Program-made: the position numbers and the translations under genes
NCBI GenBank assembly: GCA_951406725.2
Contig: OX597815.1
Span: 201,996,001 to 202,060,000, forward strand
Direction: 5' to 3'
DNA: 64,000 nucleotides
Source of the DNA: Octopus vulgaris
Lineage: Eukaryota
Notes under the pieces: generated by a model
Told to the model about the DNA's origin: nothing
The model's input: only the letters and a program-made list of their open reading frames with translations
The model's database searches: none
In this document: one piece after another, positions 28,446 to 41,517 of the stretch
How positions within the stretch are numbered: position 1 is the stretch's first letter
How the letters are laid out: every line of letters begins with the position of its first letter

Positions 28446-28826
28446 AGGCGTAGGAGAGGGTGTATGGTGAGTAGCTTGTTTACGAACCACATTGTTCCGG
28501 GTTCAGTTCCACTGCGTGGCACCTTGGGCAACTGTCTTCTGCTATAGCCTAGGGCCGACAAAAGCCTTGTGAGTGGATTTGGTAGACGGAAACTGAAAGC
28601 AGCTCATCGTATATATGTATATGTATGTGTGCGTGTGTGTTCTTGTCTGTCGCTTGACAACCGATGGTGGTGTGTTTACGTCCCCGTAACTTAGCGGTTC
28701 GGCAAAACAACCGGATAGAATAAGTACTAGTCTTACAAAGAATACGTTCTGGGATCGACTTGCTCGACTAAAGGTGGTGTTCCAGCATGGCCACTGGCAA
28801 ATGACTGAAACAAGTAAAAGAGTAAT
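28446..28826 (+). mobile_element. SINE family A, full length
   Basis: aggcgtaggag..tggtgagtagc..gggttcagttccactgcgtggcaccttgggcaa..atgactgaaacaagtaaaagagt. Confidence 0.9.
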
Positions 28827-28836
28827 AAAGTATATA

Positions 28837-28895
<59 letters not shown>

Positions 28896-29292
28896 CATGT
28901 ATATATATATATATATACATATATACATGCATACAAACATACATTCACACATATATACATACATATATATATATAAATCCTTAAAATCCTTAAAAATGTT
29001 TTAGCCCGAAGGCTAAATATATACATATATATACATACATTATTTGAAAAGGGAAATAAATTTGGAAAAGGCACTAGAGTATATTTTAGTGAATATTTAA
29101 TAATTTTGTTAATGCAAGTCATTTAAAATATTGGTGTTGAGGCGACGGCAAAAGCCGAAACTGACCGATCAGTAATATTTTAAAGTGTAACAAAACTATA
29201 AATCATTCTCCAAAATGTACTTTCCTGTCATTTCCGACTTCATTTACATTGTTAACCACAATTTTTCATTTTTATGGCCTCTAACCCCTTTT

Positions 29293-29342
<50 letters not shown>

Positions 29343-29775
29343 GTGTGTATGTATGTAAAGTATGTATGTGTATGTATGTCTGCATGTGTAAAGATAAGAT
29401 TGAAAGATCAATGTGTAGGAAGTTAGTGAGATTCAAGCAATCTGTAGAAGAAAACAAAAAGCAACTTTCGGGAACAATAGGGGTTTATTGGTGCAGTAGG
29501 TTGTGAATTTTTCCTCATATCGAAGTACGATAAGCGGAAAAAATCTTATTTTGTAGTTCCCAGAGAGCCACTGTGGTTGTTGTATATGCAAATAAACATT
29601 AAATAATTAGGCAATTCGATAGATAAAATCCAGGTTACTTATATTTCATAGCAAGTGGAACCTCGAAAGTAGTAAATTATCCAAATTAGGAGTAGGCTAC
29701 AGCAACACTTCAGGCCAACTATACCTCGACTATATGAAGTTTAGATTGTCACTAGGAGACAGAATCGTTGGTGAA

Positions 29776-29836
<61 letters not shown>

Positions 29837-30122
29837 CAGCCAGGAAATATAGCAACTGATCAGATACAAAAGCAATGCAATTGGGAATTTGGCTCAGCAG
29901 AGTCCTTAAGGTTATCATCGTAATTTGAACAGCCATGGATTGCCTATATAATCGCTAGCATGAATATACGTTAGAAAAAGATGAAATGTTATTTCTGGAT
30001 ATACAGAACCAAGTAGCACATACTAATATCAGCATTTTCTCAGCTGTGCTAAATGTTCAGCCATTTCGCCGCCTTATATAATCTATTTAAGGCGAAGTGC
30101 TGAGAGAATCATTACCTGAGCT

Positions 30123-30455
30123 GAGACCCCCTTCGGCCATGACTGACCATGGGATTGCACCTAGAAAGTTGCCCTCCCAGGCACAAGTCTGGGCAAGGTT
30201 GTTTTTATAGAAGACTTGCAGTCGACCATGCATACCAGCCTACCCTCTCCACGCCACCAGCGTTATCCAAGGGAAGGGTGGATACAGCTTGGCACCTGTG
30301 ACATCCCAACTCATTTCTGCAGCTGAGTGAACTGGAGCAACGTGAAATGAAGTGTCTTGCTCAAGAACACAACACGCAGCCCGGTCTGGGAATCGAACTC
30401 ACAACATCACGATCGTAAGCTCGACGCTCTAACCACTGAGCCATGTGCCTTCACA
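30123..30455 (-). mobile_element. SINE family C (tRNA-derived head)
   Basis: Minus strand begins gtgaaggcacatggctcagtggttagagcg..gagttcgattccc (A/B boxes). Matches 44903-45483. Confidence 0.88.
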
Positions 30456-30464
30456 AATGATTAC

Positions 30465-30860
30465 CACGCCGGACCCAATACCGCGCCGGAAAGAATGTAC
30501 AGCAGCATTTCTCTGCAATTTTCCTTCTGATGTCAAATGCCAACGTTCTCGATTTTGCCTTTCATCCTTTTGTGGGGCAACAAAATAAGTATGAGCTGAG
30601 AACTGGGTGACGGCAGGGTGGCAGAATCGTTAGCACAACCCATTTTTGGTTCGTCCTTGTGTTCTGAGTTCAAATTCCGCTGAGACCGACTTTGACTTTA
30701 ATCCTTTCGGGGTTGATAAGTACCAATTGATCACTGAGGGTCGATGTTATAGACTTAGCCTCTCACCCGAAACTGCTGGCCTTGTGCCAAACTTTGTAAG
30801 CAATATGATTGACAACTCCCTTTCATGAAATCGTTGGCCCTGTGCCAAAATTTGAAACCA
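30465..30860 (+). mobile_element. Degenerate tandem SINE family B copies
   Basis: tttgcctttcatccttttgtgggg and gttctgagttcaaattccgctgagaccgactttgactttaatcctttcggggttgataagtacca. Confidence 0.65.
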
Positions 30861-32264
30861 ACAATGATGTAATCTGTCTATCTCTCTATCTATCTATATA
30901 TCTATCTATCTATCTATTTATCTATTTATCTATCAATCTATCTATTTGTATATGTGTGTGTGTCTGTGACTGCGCCTGTGTGTTTGTGAGTGTGTGTGTA
31001 CGGACGTATAAGAAATAAACTACTTAGCAATAAATATAACAATAAAAACTACCTATTTCATTCTGTGACATACAATGTGTCTAGACCGTCAGCTTATAGT
31101 TTTAGAAAGTTCTAGCAAAGAGCCATTATTTCCCCGTTCTTGCTGTAAGGGCGCCCGTCTATAAAGCATTGAATAAGTAAAAAGTGCATACCAAATGACT
31201 GTAATATTATCAGCTGATGCAATTAATATCAATGTACTTACTATTCGATAATGCTTTTAAAATTAACTTGTCAAAATAACAACATTCCCTACCCCCCCTC
31301 TCTCTCTCTCTATCTATGTATCCTTGTAGGTCTCAGAAAAGCTGCAATTTGCTTAACAATAGACAGAGAGACAGACAGATAGATAGTTACATACATACAT
31401 AGACAGGCAGATAGACAAACACATAGCCTCTTCAAACAAGCATTTGTCTTATATAATTTGGCTAAACGCTAGTCGAACTGCGCACCTCGCATCGTATATG
31501 TAACACCGCCTTGTTCAAGATTTCCTACCCCACTCCAATAAGTTTACATTTAAAGTTTTCTATTCTTACACGCAACCCCAGTTACAATCTCTATGTATTC
31601 ATGTAGATAAATCACCTGTACAAACTGCATCAGATTTGAATGATGTGTATTTGAATGTAAATTACCCATTTTACAAGGATAACTTAAATGAAAATTAGAT
31701 ATTGCTCTACGTATTTCATTATTTTCTGTATTGTTTTGTGTAAATTGAGAGCGAAATTAACCTGTGTAATTTAATTCAATAGATTACTTTGGGTTGGTAC
31801 ATGTATTGTTTCTGTGCAGTTTCGAAAGAGTTTCAACGTCTATATTATTTGTATATAATGATTGTAGACTATGATTGAATAGAATAATGTATTCAATTAA
31901 GTAATTTAAATTCTTTAATCGGACGAAGTATTTATGAGAAATTGTATAATTCACCTGAAAATTGCTTCAAATAAATATGAAAGTACAATCCACTCAAGTG
32001 ACTTCTGCTAGTATAAATGTAGTGATATATATTGCAAATATTTTATTAGTACGATTGGTTAATTTGCCTTAAGGGATAGCCAGATGAGACACTGCAGCGA
32101 GACGCACATGCACACAGACACAAAATACACATACGTACATATATACACACATACACACAGACCTAAAACAGAAAGATGATTACTACAGTAAACTTATACG
32201 AAAATACATGCACATAGGCACCATATATATATACATATATAGCACTAAATATATATGTGTGTGA

Positions 32265-32308
<44 letters not shown>

Positions 32309-32629
32309 CGTTTTCGGATTTCGGAAATTTGGAAATGACTCCCCAGACACAACAGTATGTATATATATATATATATATATATAGGCTGTTCGTATATGGC
32401 CTGGACCAATCTTTGGTCGAAACATATCTAAGTTTTTTATCTAAGTTTTATAAATGTAACGGCAAGTGTTATAGTGTTTTGCCAACACAGCTAAATTTAG
32501 TAGACAACTAAAGTGGAATAGTTGCATATAAAATGTTTATCTTTCATATTTTATTTGTTTTGGACGTTGGACTACGGCCATGTATGAGCACCACATTAAT
32601 GGATTAAATCGGAAACATTGACCGCTGTA

Positions 32630-32712
<83 letters not shown>

Positions 32713-32714
<2 letters not shown>

Positions 32715-34084
32715 TTTTTTCTTCTTTCAAATTTGCTTCCATTTCTTGCCGAGTGTCTTCCCGACTCCTAGGGCAAAGAAACTCATAGTATACATTGGTA
32801 GGCCATTAAACCAAACTCAGTAGTTCGTTAATTTTTTTTTTTATTTTTTTTTGAAGTTAAATTAAAATACATGAGCAGCAACAGTTCTCACATCGACAAT
32901 GCTCTTCTCAATACGTCTGATGTACCAGTTAAGACAATCTTTTGCACTTCTTGCAGGGATGGTAAGCCAGGGATCATTCTCATACAGTCTTCGGTTCCCT
33001 TCTTGATCATTCCTAGTGCTCCTACGATCACTGGTATTGTAACCGCCTTGAGATGCCACATTTTCTCAATTTCAATGAGTAGGTCTTTATATTTTCTGAG
33101 CTTGTCAAACTCTTTCGCTGAGATATTATGATCACAGAGGATGCTCATGTCGGTCAATAAGCAAACTTTATTGTTTTGGTCTTTCACAACAATATCTGGT
33201 TTATTGGCCTTGATAGTTCGGTCTGTATGTACTGGAAAGTCCCACAGAATGGTTACATTTTCTCCTTCAGTTACAGCCTCAGGGTGGTGATTATACGACT
33301 TGTCGGCAGTTTTGATATTGTAATGCCGACTTATTAGCCAGTGGAGATATTGGCCAACTCTGTCATGTCTTAATTTATACTCCACTGGTGCTAAGACTTT
33401 ACATCCAGAGATTAGGTGGTCAACTGTTTCAATCATGTCGTTGCAGAATCGGCATTTTGGGTCTGCTCCATTTTTCATCACATTGGCCTGGTAGTTCCGG
33501 GTTAATAGGCTTTGATCTTGAGCAGCCAGGATGAAACCTTCGCTCTCTGCTTTTAGCCCTGAGCTCCGTAGCCACTGATGGGTTTGCTTCTGGTCAACAT
33601 CAGCTTGTTTGCTGCGGGTCATATATTTGCCGTGCAGAGGTTTCTCCTCCCACCTATCAGCCAATTGCTCGTGCGCTTTCTTCATTGCCATCATTTTCAC
33701 CTTCTTTGCAACAATAGTTGCCGTACTTCCCTCGGGTTGTTCAGTTTGGATATCCTGCACGAGATCAATAGCAAATTTTTTGCTTTCCTTTATGATAGAA
33801 TGAAGCTTCTTTCGTCTCTCGTGATTTTCCACGAGCTTTAGCATCCAGTCATTCGATATTTCGAGATATCTGGCCAGTCCAATTGTGGTTGTTTTGTAAG
33901 CTAGTTCCAATTGGATCAGGCCTCGACCTCCTTGGGCTCTGGGAAGGTAAAGGCGATCTACGTCTGCCTTTGGGTGGTGCATCCTATTACAACTCAGCAG
34001 CTTGCGTATTTTTCTATCTATATTCTTTACTTCAATCATATTCCAGTTCAACACATTATTCCAGTTCAACACATTATTCCAACA

Positions 34085-34086
<2 letters not shown>
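32713..34086 (-). mobile_element. 5'-truncated Dong/R4 LINE of a second subfamily, inserted in (TAA)n
   Basis: Uninterrupted 399-aa ORF plus a 3' UTR with a stem-loop. Flanked by (TTA)n at about 32630-32712 and 34086-34119. Confidence 0.92.

Positions 34087-34087
<1 letters not shown>
32888..34087 (-). CDS. Dong/R4 RT thumb, CCHC and REL endonuclease (truncated; apparent start created by the junction)
   Basis: RLYLPRAQGGRGL, CRFCNDMIETVDHLISGC, RHDRVGQYLHW, KPDIV, KLRKYKDL, IPVIVGALG. Confidence 0.85.
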
Positions 34088-34119
<32 letters not shown>

Positions 34120-35206
34120 GAGCTTGGTACTTATTCTTTCGTTCACTTCTTGACGAACCGCTAATTTATGTGAACGTAAGCAAACAAACACCAGCGTTAG
34201 GTGGGGCCAAATATAAAGACATATGACGAACTTCTTTCAGTTTCGTCAACAAAATCCAGTCGCATGGCTTTGATAGGCCCGAAGCTATAGTAGAAGACAT
34301 TGTCCCACGCTGTAGGACTGAATCTGAAAATATGTGGTTGGCAAATATAATTCTTACCAAATGGATATCTGTGAGCAGAAAACACAATTTTAGCTGTTGT
34401 GCGCCGTTTTTCAAACTTGGTGAAGCCTTATGCAAAAATATGTAATAAGGAAGGAACAATAAATTATAAGATAAACACACATAACCAACAACATGGAGAA
34501 GCGGAAATATGAAAAAATAATGAAATAAAGTTAGGAGAAAAGCGGATGAAACTAATACATGTACACACACAAGCATGCATACATTTGTACAGAAGAAAAT
34601 GAAGAGTAGAAGTGAGAGCACATGGGGTTAAAACACTAGTCGTGTTGGTGTGAAAACCCACACCAACAGTCGCGATAAGAAACATTATACAATGTTATTG
34701 GCATGTAGTATACGAACATAGATGATAAGGATATGAATATTGGATGAATGTTGGGATGAGTTAAGACGGATTATTAACTTTGGGAACTCAAATTCGATTA
34801 CAAAAATTGACTAAACACTAGTGATTGTCATTATCATACATCTTAGAGCAGTTTCAGGTAGGCATACAGTTTGTAGATTAATAGGCTTGTTATCATGTTG
34901 CAACGAGCAACATTCGCCGTTTACAAGGGGGGAAAATGGCTCATATGTTCAATAGTCGAGACAATGCATGTATATGCATTAATATAAACGTAATGGTATC
35001 TTTGTGTACACATATGTGGTAGATTCACGGGCTCTAATTGTAACCCGTCCAAACTGTGTTACACAGACACTCTGACACAACACCCCCCACACACACATAC
35101 GTACACACACATACGTACATATGTGTGTATAAGTATATATATATAGAGAGAGATAGATAGATATGTACATGCACTATGAATATATGCATATGTGTAATGA
35201 ATATAA

Positions 35207-35249
<43 letters not shown>

Positions 35250-35438
35250 TATATATGTATTTATATGTATATATGTATATATATACATACATATACATAT
35301 ATATGTATGTATATAATAATAATAATAATATATATATATATATATATATATACATACACTTATAAACATTTATATACATACATATATAAACATACATACA
35401 TACACCTGTTTCTCCTGCCAGCCAGTACGGGCTTAATA

Positions 35439-35496
<58 letters not shown>

Positions 35497-35728
35497 CATA
35501 CATGCATTTGTCTTGCTCGCTTTCGTTCTGACGTCTCCTATTTTCTTTAGTATATTCCTTTCCCAGTGGTAAGATCATAAGGGGGCAACTTCTAGCGAAA
35601 TGGATGTTCACTTAGTGGCAACCCCCCTTATATGTATGTAATATAATTTTTCTGAATCTTCAGATTTTTCTATATGCTAGACCACTGGTTGTAAATTGAT
35701 ATAATCAAATAAATATTCAATTTTTCAC

Positions 35729-35805
<77 letters not shown>

Positions 35806-35858
35806 TGTGTGTGTGTGTGTGTAATACATATATATGTATCTACACATATAAATATGTA

Positions 35859-35894
<36 letters not shown>

Positions 35895-36161
35895 TTTCAT
35901 TCATCTATTCTTTTACTTGTTTCAATCCTTTGACTGTGGCCATCCTGGAGTACCGTCTTTTGGATGAGCAAATCGGCATCGAGACTTATTCTTTGTAAGA
36001 CTAGTATTTCTTCTATCGGTCTCTCTTGCCGGACCGCTAGTTTACGGAGATGTAAACACACCAGCACTCTTTGTAAAGCGATGATGGGGGACAAACACAA
36101 ACACACAAATACATACACACAGACATACGCAGAGACAGACACAGACACACACATACACATT

Positions 36162-36207
<46 letters not shown>

Positions 36208-36697
36208 CATATATATATATATATATACGACGGGGCTCTTTTAATTTCCCTTTTCCACCAGCGGCCTATATATATATATATATATATATATTCAGGAGAA
36301 AATTTAAAAACATTTACCCAGATTATTGTTTTAATTTAATCAGGTTAGTTTACCATTAATCAGCAGATGAAACGGTATATCGTATAAGAAATTACAGGGT
36401 AAATGTTTTTTAAATTTTCTCCTGGTTTCATTCATCTATTCTTTTACTTGTTTCAATCCTTTGACTGTGGCCATCCTGGAGTACCGTCTTTTGGATGAGC
36501 AAATCGGCATCGAGACTTATTCTTTGTAAGACTAGTATTTCTTCTATCGGTCTCTCTTGCCGGACCGCTAGTTTACGGAGATGTAAACACACCAGCACTC
36601 TTTGTAAAGCGATGATGGGGGACAAACACAAACACACAAATACATACACACAGACATACGCAGACACAGAGACAGACACAGACACACACACAAACAT

Positions 36698-36735
<38 letters not shown>

Positions 36736-36890
36736 GTATATATACGACGGGGCTCTTTTAATTTCCCTTTTCCAAATCCACTGACAAGCTTGATGGGTCC
36801 GAAGCTTTAGTAGAAGACGCCCAAGGTGCCAAGGGGTGAGGCTGAACCCGGAACCATGTCGTTGGTAAGTAAGCTACTTATCACACAGCC
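35895..36890 (-). mobile_element. Locally duplicated SINE family A copy (35895-36257 and 36426-36890)
   Basis: About 235 bp apparently identical between the copies, including diagnostic substitutions (identical ORF translations 35897/36428 and 35964/36495). Confidence 0.9.
36293..36424. repeat. 132-bp element with 27-28 bp terminal inverted repeats, lying between two duplicated SINE copies
   Basis: caggagaaaatttaaaaacatttaccc ... gggtaaatgttttttaaattttctcctg. Confidence 0.75.
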
Positions 36891-36899
36891 TTTTCTCTT

Positions 36900-37785
36900 C
36901 TATGTTTTATGGGTGTCAGCCAGAGGGTGAGGTTATGCTAATGCATCACTTTTACTGCATCTGGACATTTTTCTTGTATTGCTTCTGGTGAAGTACCTTG
37001 TTGAATGTCGCAGCTCTTCTTCGTGTAGGTTCATCTGGTGTTGGACACAAAATATTGTCTAGACGTTTTGGAAAGACTTCCATGACTATACCTTGCAGAT
37101 CCCTGATGGTCGTCGGTAGGGCATTAAAAATTGTGGTCCCTTGAATCCCAAGCTATTACAATATTGCGTTCGTATACACGATGGAGAAGATAGGACCTTT
37201 GGTACTGTGAAGTGCTGTCCAGTTCGGGATTATTGTAGATTTCTATTCCGAAATTTGGAGCTAGACTTTCCATTATTTTCCATATTTATAGCACCACATA
37301 TCTCTCACGTCTCCTCTCCAGGGAGTAGATGCCTACTTCCTTCAACCTCTCCCAGTAGCCCATGTGTTTTACTGAATCTATATTCTATGTGCAGTGGCTT
37401 TGGATCGCTTCTGGTTCCACAATTTATCTTACACTTTGTGGGGAACATAGTTGTGAACAGAAGTCCAGTTGAGTGAGGACAAACGTTTTCCAAAGCATAA
37501 GCATTGTGTCTCTGTTCCTGGTCCTGAAGAATCTAAGGTTCCAACCTGCCACCCGCCTGCATAGTGTTGCTATCTAAGCAATATGCATATGATCAGTTGC
37601 GTCGTTGTTCATGTGGACTCTAAATGGTGATATCAGTTTGGCTCATATTGCTATTATGGTGAATTCTTGTGGGCTGATGGCGGAGTGCTTGAAATTTTGT
37701 GCCATTGAACTGCATATTATTCCCATCAACCCCTTTATACATAGCGTTCAGGTCATTCTGCAGTCTTAGGGTGTCAGTAGATTCC
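36900..37785 (-). pseudogene. Decayed CR1-type LINE 3' portion
   Basis: Minus strand reads RFFRTRNRDTMLMLWKTFVLTQLDFCSQLCSP...MGYWERLKEVGIYSLERRRERYVVL*IWKIMESLAPNFGI, typical of a CR1 RT C-terminus. Confidence 0.8.
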
Positions 37786-37786
37786 T

Positions 37787-39152
37787 TCACCGCCTGCGAT
37801 ACGAGTTACAGGACATCAGAGGCAACAATAAATCTATGGGAGGAGTTACATTAATTTTATCAGGAGACTTCAGACAGACATTACCAATTATTCCGAGACG
37901 AACAAGATCTGATGAATTAAAACTATGCGTTAAGTCTTCACACCTGTGGAATAAAGTGCTGAAATTCTCATTCAATACTAACGTACGAGCTTCATTACAT
38001 GGGGACCAATGTGCAAAACAGTTTTCCATCTCACGCCTCCAATTAGAAAATAGGAAAGTACCATTTCATGGGAATGGTGATATCAGTTTGGCTCATATTG
38101 CTATTATGGTGAATTCCTCCGCTGAATTGAAGAACAGGATATTGCCAGACTTAATTGATCATTATAATACACATCATTGGTTGTGTGAATGGGCAATTCT
38201 TACTCCAAAAATTGAGACAGTAGCAAAAATTAACAATGAATTAATGAATATGATTCCAACAGTCATTAAGAAGTACAAATCACTTGATTCAGTCCTTTAT
38301 GAAAATCAAGCTGCCTGTTACCTAACAGAGTTCCTTAATTCTCTTGAGCCACCTGGAATTCCTCCACATAAACTGTTCTGGAGGTAGCGATCCCAATAAT
38401 GCCTCTAAGAAATTTAGATCCTCTTAAATTATGCAATGGTTCAAGGTTGATTGTGAAGACATCAACACCTAATGTGACAGAAGCTACAATCATCACTGGA
38501 TGTGCCTCTGAGGAAGAGGTTTTCGTTCCAAAAATTCTAATCAAACATGTCATTTGAGTTCAAACGAACACAATTTCAAGTGCGACTTTTGATTTGTAAT
38601 GTCTATTAATAAAGGTCAAGGTCAGTCTTTAAGATCTACCGGCTTGTTTTTCTCGTGGTCAACTTTGTTGGTTACTCCAGAGCAGGTAGTTTGCAAGACT
38701 TAATTGTTTATACGCCAAACCATATGACAAAGAATGTTGTTTACCCAGAATCTCTTGCATAATATCCTTATACATATGTGGTACGTAGAATTTATTTCCT
38801 TTCATGAATGTGGTAAATTTTGTATTTCGTTTATTGTTATTATTGTTATTATCATTAATATTACTATTATTATTATTATTATTATCATTATTAATATTAT
38901 TATTATTACTATTATTATTATTATTGTTACTGTTGTTGTTAATGTTGTTGTTGTTAATATTATTATTATGATCATCATCATCATCATACTTATTATTTTG
39001 TATTATTAAATTTAGAATCGATTTCTTAAAGAATAAATGGTATCCCAATTGAAGAATATACTCAAATTTATATACAACATATTTTGTTTTTTTTTCTCTT
39101 CTAATATGTAAGGAAAAATTTCATTCCGGAGCAAACCTGGGTGCCTCTGCTA
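37787..39152 (+). mobile_element. Helitron 3' fragment: PIF1-like helicase C-terminus and degenerate 3' terminus
   Basis: MGGVTLILSGDFRQTLPII, AILTPKIETVAKIN, EFLNSLEPPGIPPHKL, then frameshifted LRNLDPLKLCNGSRL, MSINKGQGQSL, TKNVVYPESLA* (stop about 38762). ccggagcaaacctgggtgcctctgctat at 39125-39152 resembles the Helitron hairpin plus CTAG end. Confidence 0.88.
37836..38387 (+). CDS. Helitron helicase fragment (183 aa, pseudogenic)
   Basis: SF1/PIF1 motif GDFRQTLP and downstream Helitron-type motifs; continuation is frameshifted. Confidence 0.8.
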   Translation: MGGVTLILSGDFRQTLPIIPRRTRSDELKLCVKSSHLWNKVLKFSFNTNVRASLHGDQCAKQFSISRLQLENRKVPFHGNGDISLAHIAIMVNSSAELKNRILPDLIDHYNTHHWLCEWAILTPKIETVAKINNELMNMIPTVIKKYKSLDSVLYENQAACYLTEFLNSLEPPGIPPHKLFWR

Positions 39153-39224
39153 TTATATTTATGTGTGTATATATATATATGTGTGCATGTGTGTGTGCGT
39201 ATGTGTGTGTGTGTGTGTGTGTAT

Positions 39225-39615
39225 AGGCGCAGGCGTGGCTATTTTATAAGAAATGAATTCTGCATCCAGACCACATGGTTCAGTTTTCTGTCCAACTACA
39301 TTGCACCTTGGAGGGATATCTTCTACTATTGTCTCGGACCGACCAAACATTGAGCGGGGATTTGGTAGACGGGAACTGAAAGAAGCCCGTCGTATATGTG
39401 AGTGTGTGTGTTTGTGTGTGCGTGCATGTGTGTGTGTGCCTGCATGTGTGTGTGTGCCTGCATGTGTGTGTGTGTCTGAGTGTCTTTCTCCCTGCGATGG
39501 TCCCCCAGTGTGCTTTGACAATTGGTGTTTGTGTTTTTGTCTCCCCGTTAATAACCAGGCTTCAAAAAATAAAGATTACTGGTATCGTAGTCTAATGACT
39601 GAAACAAGTAAAATA
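39225..39615 (+). mobile_element. SINE family A
   Basis: aggcgcaggcgtggct..ttggtagacgggaactgaaagaagcccgtcg..taatgactgaaacaagtaaaa. Confidence 0.8.
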
Positions 39616-39686
39616 ATGTGTGAGTCTGTGTGTGTATGGGTGTGTGTGTGTCTGTGTGAGTGTATATTTATCTATCTATATATCTG

Positions 39687-39753
<67 letters not shown>

Positions 39754-39790
39754 GTCTGTCTGTCTGTCTATCTATCGATCTATCTATCCT

Positions 39791-39880
<90 letters not shown>

Positions 39881-41090
39881 AAGTTTAGCTTGTATGAAAC
39901 CGTGACAAGGCCAGTGACATAACTGAGTGTTTAAGCGGTTTTTATTATGAACAAGTTGTTATATTATAGAATAAGAAGAGTGGGATTGTGAAGAAAATAA
40001 GCACATGAAGCTGATCGCTAATCGAAGATGTAGTGTTTAAAAAGTGTAGACCGATATAGATGAAAGTATTATTAATAATATTGTGCTTAGCAGAAGGATC
40101 GTAGATAGTTAAAGCAGAACATAGTAGATTAGTATAGATTTCGTTATAATAAATGCCATAGTATCGACGTCTATTTCATCTTAATGTTTACCGTAAAACC
40201 TTAGTTCCTTAAACAATGTTCCCTGTTACAAGTGAAATTTCGAACATTTCCCAAGTACAGGACATACGAAGTTGTTTATCCCACTCAAGAATATTGTAAA
40301 ATTTCACATTGCTGCTACTCATTAATTTAAAGATATATTCTGCAAAGAAAGTTGACGATTTTAGTTGTTAGAGAATAAGTTTTCGTTCCTCGAGATCCGT
40401 AACTTCACATATTTATAGGAAAAGCATTATGCCTAACACATGAAATTTTACAACTGTATGTTTCTCCGTTGCCTTTAATTTGTTGCTTGCACAAAATATA
40501 TACATTTACTTACATATCCACACCAATATTTTATAATATGCTCGACAATGGTCTTAATAACTTGTTTTACAGAATTCATAATATGCAATTTAAACAGTTT
40601 AATTCAAATCAATTTTAAAAGCAACCGTGTAATAAAAACATTTTTTTCAATTTCGTCATTATATGTTTCTTTTTGAAAACTATAGCCATACTTCAGTACA
40701 AGGATACGATTAACATACAGAATGCAGAATATGACGTACGACCTCAGACCCAACTTCCAGCATGGTAACCTATACAAAATAAGACCACCATTAGGAGTAG
40801 GACACAAAAATATATCTACTTCACACTCAATCAAATAAGGAGAGTCTCAGATAGCACGGAAGCGTTGATGGAGGGGAATTTTGGATATTTCACGCATCGC
40901 ACGAAGTGTAAAAATATATATCTTAATGAAAGTTATTTAATGAAAACATAGCCGTGATTTCTTTGTACAATATATATGTATACATTTATGAACAAATACG
41001 TATGTATACATATCTCCATATATTCATATTCATATAAATAGATACATATATGTCCACATATATATACGCATTATTATGTATATATATATA

Positions 41091-41165
41091 TATTTCCGCT
41101 ATTTATATTTCTGCTATTTATATTCTGCTATATATATTTCTGCTTTATATATTTAGCTGCTATTT
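41091..41165 (+). repeat. About 14-bp unit minisatellite (tatttctgctattta-like)
   Basis: About five degenerate copies. Confidence 0.7.
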
Positions 41166-41212
41166 CTAAAAGTTCGGTGTGTGGTAAAGTACATTTTTTG
41201 CTGAACCCTAAT

Positions 41213-41259
<47 letters not shown>

Positions 41260-41268
41260 ATATGACTA

Positions 41269-41330
<62 letters not shown>

Positions 41331-41377
41331 GATATATCTTGGCTGTTTATGTATATATTTATTTATGTATAGTTATA

Positions 41378-41517
<140 letters not shown>

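Larger units (their letters stand above)
32550..34360 (-). mobile_element. Old SINE family A copy split by a (TAA)n expansion and the Dong insertion
   Basis: The 3' part at 32550-32630 (ggactacggccatgtatgagcacc) and the remainder at 34120-34360 (gtacttattctttcg..gaaccgctaa..gctatagtagaagaca) are collinear with family A. Confidence 0.7.

Noticed and set aside
30385-30455. tRNA-like sequence (also 45415-45483 and other SINE heads)
   Set aside because: A/B boxes are present, but the sequence continues into SINE bodies and the acceptor stem is not intact; not tRNA genes.
34040-34088. Short direct repeats resembling a CRISPR or RT-associated repeat array next to an RT ORF
   Set aside because: There are no spacers, only 2.7 units, the unit derives from the element's own coding sequence, and the context is eukaryotic with no cas genes.
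35577-35632. Small inverted repeat ataaggggg..cccccttat
   Set aside because: Only about 9 bp pair well; insufficient for a MITE call.
37836-38387. Host PIF1 helicase gene
   Set aside because: It is intronless, frameshifted, has Helitron-type motifs and is followed by a Helitron-like 3' end.
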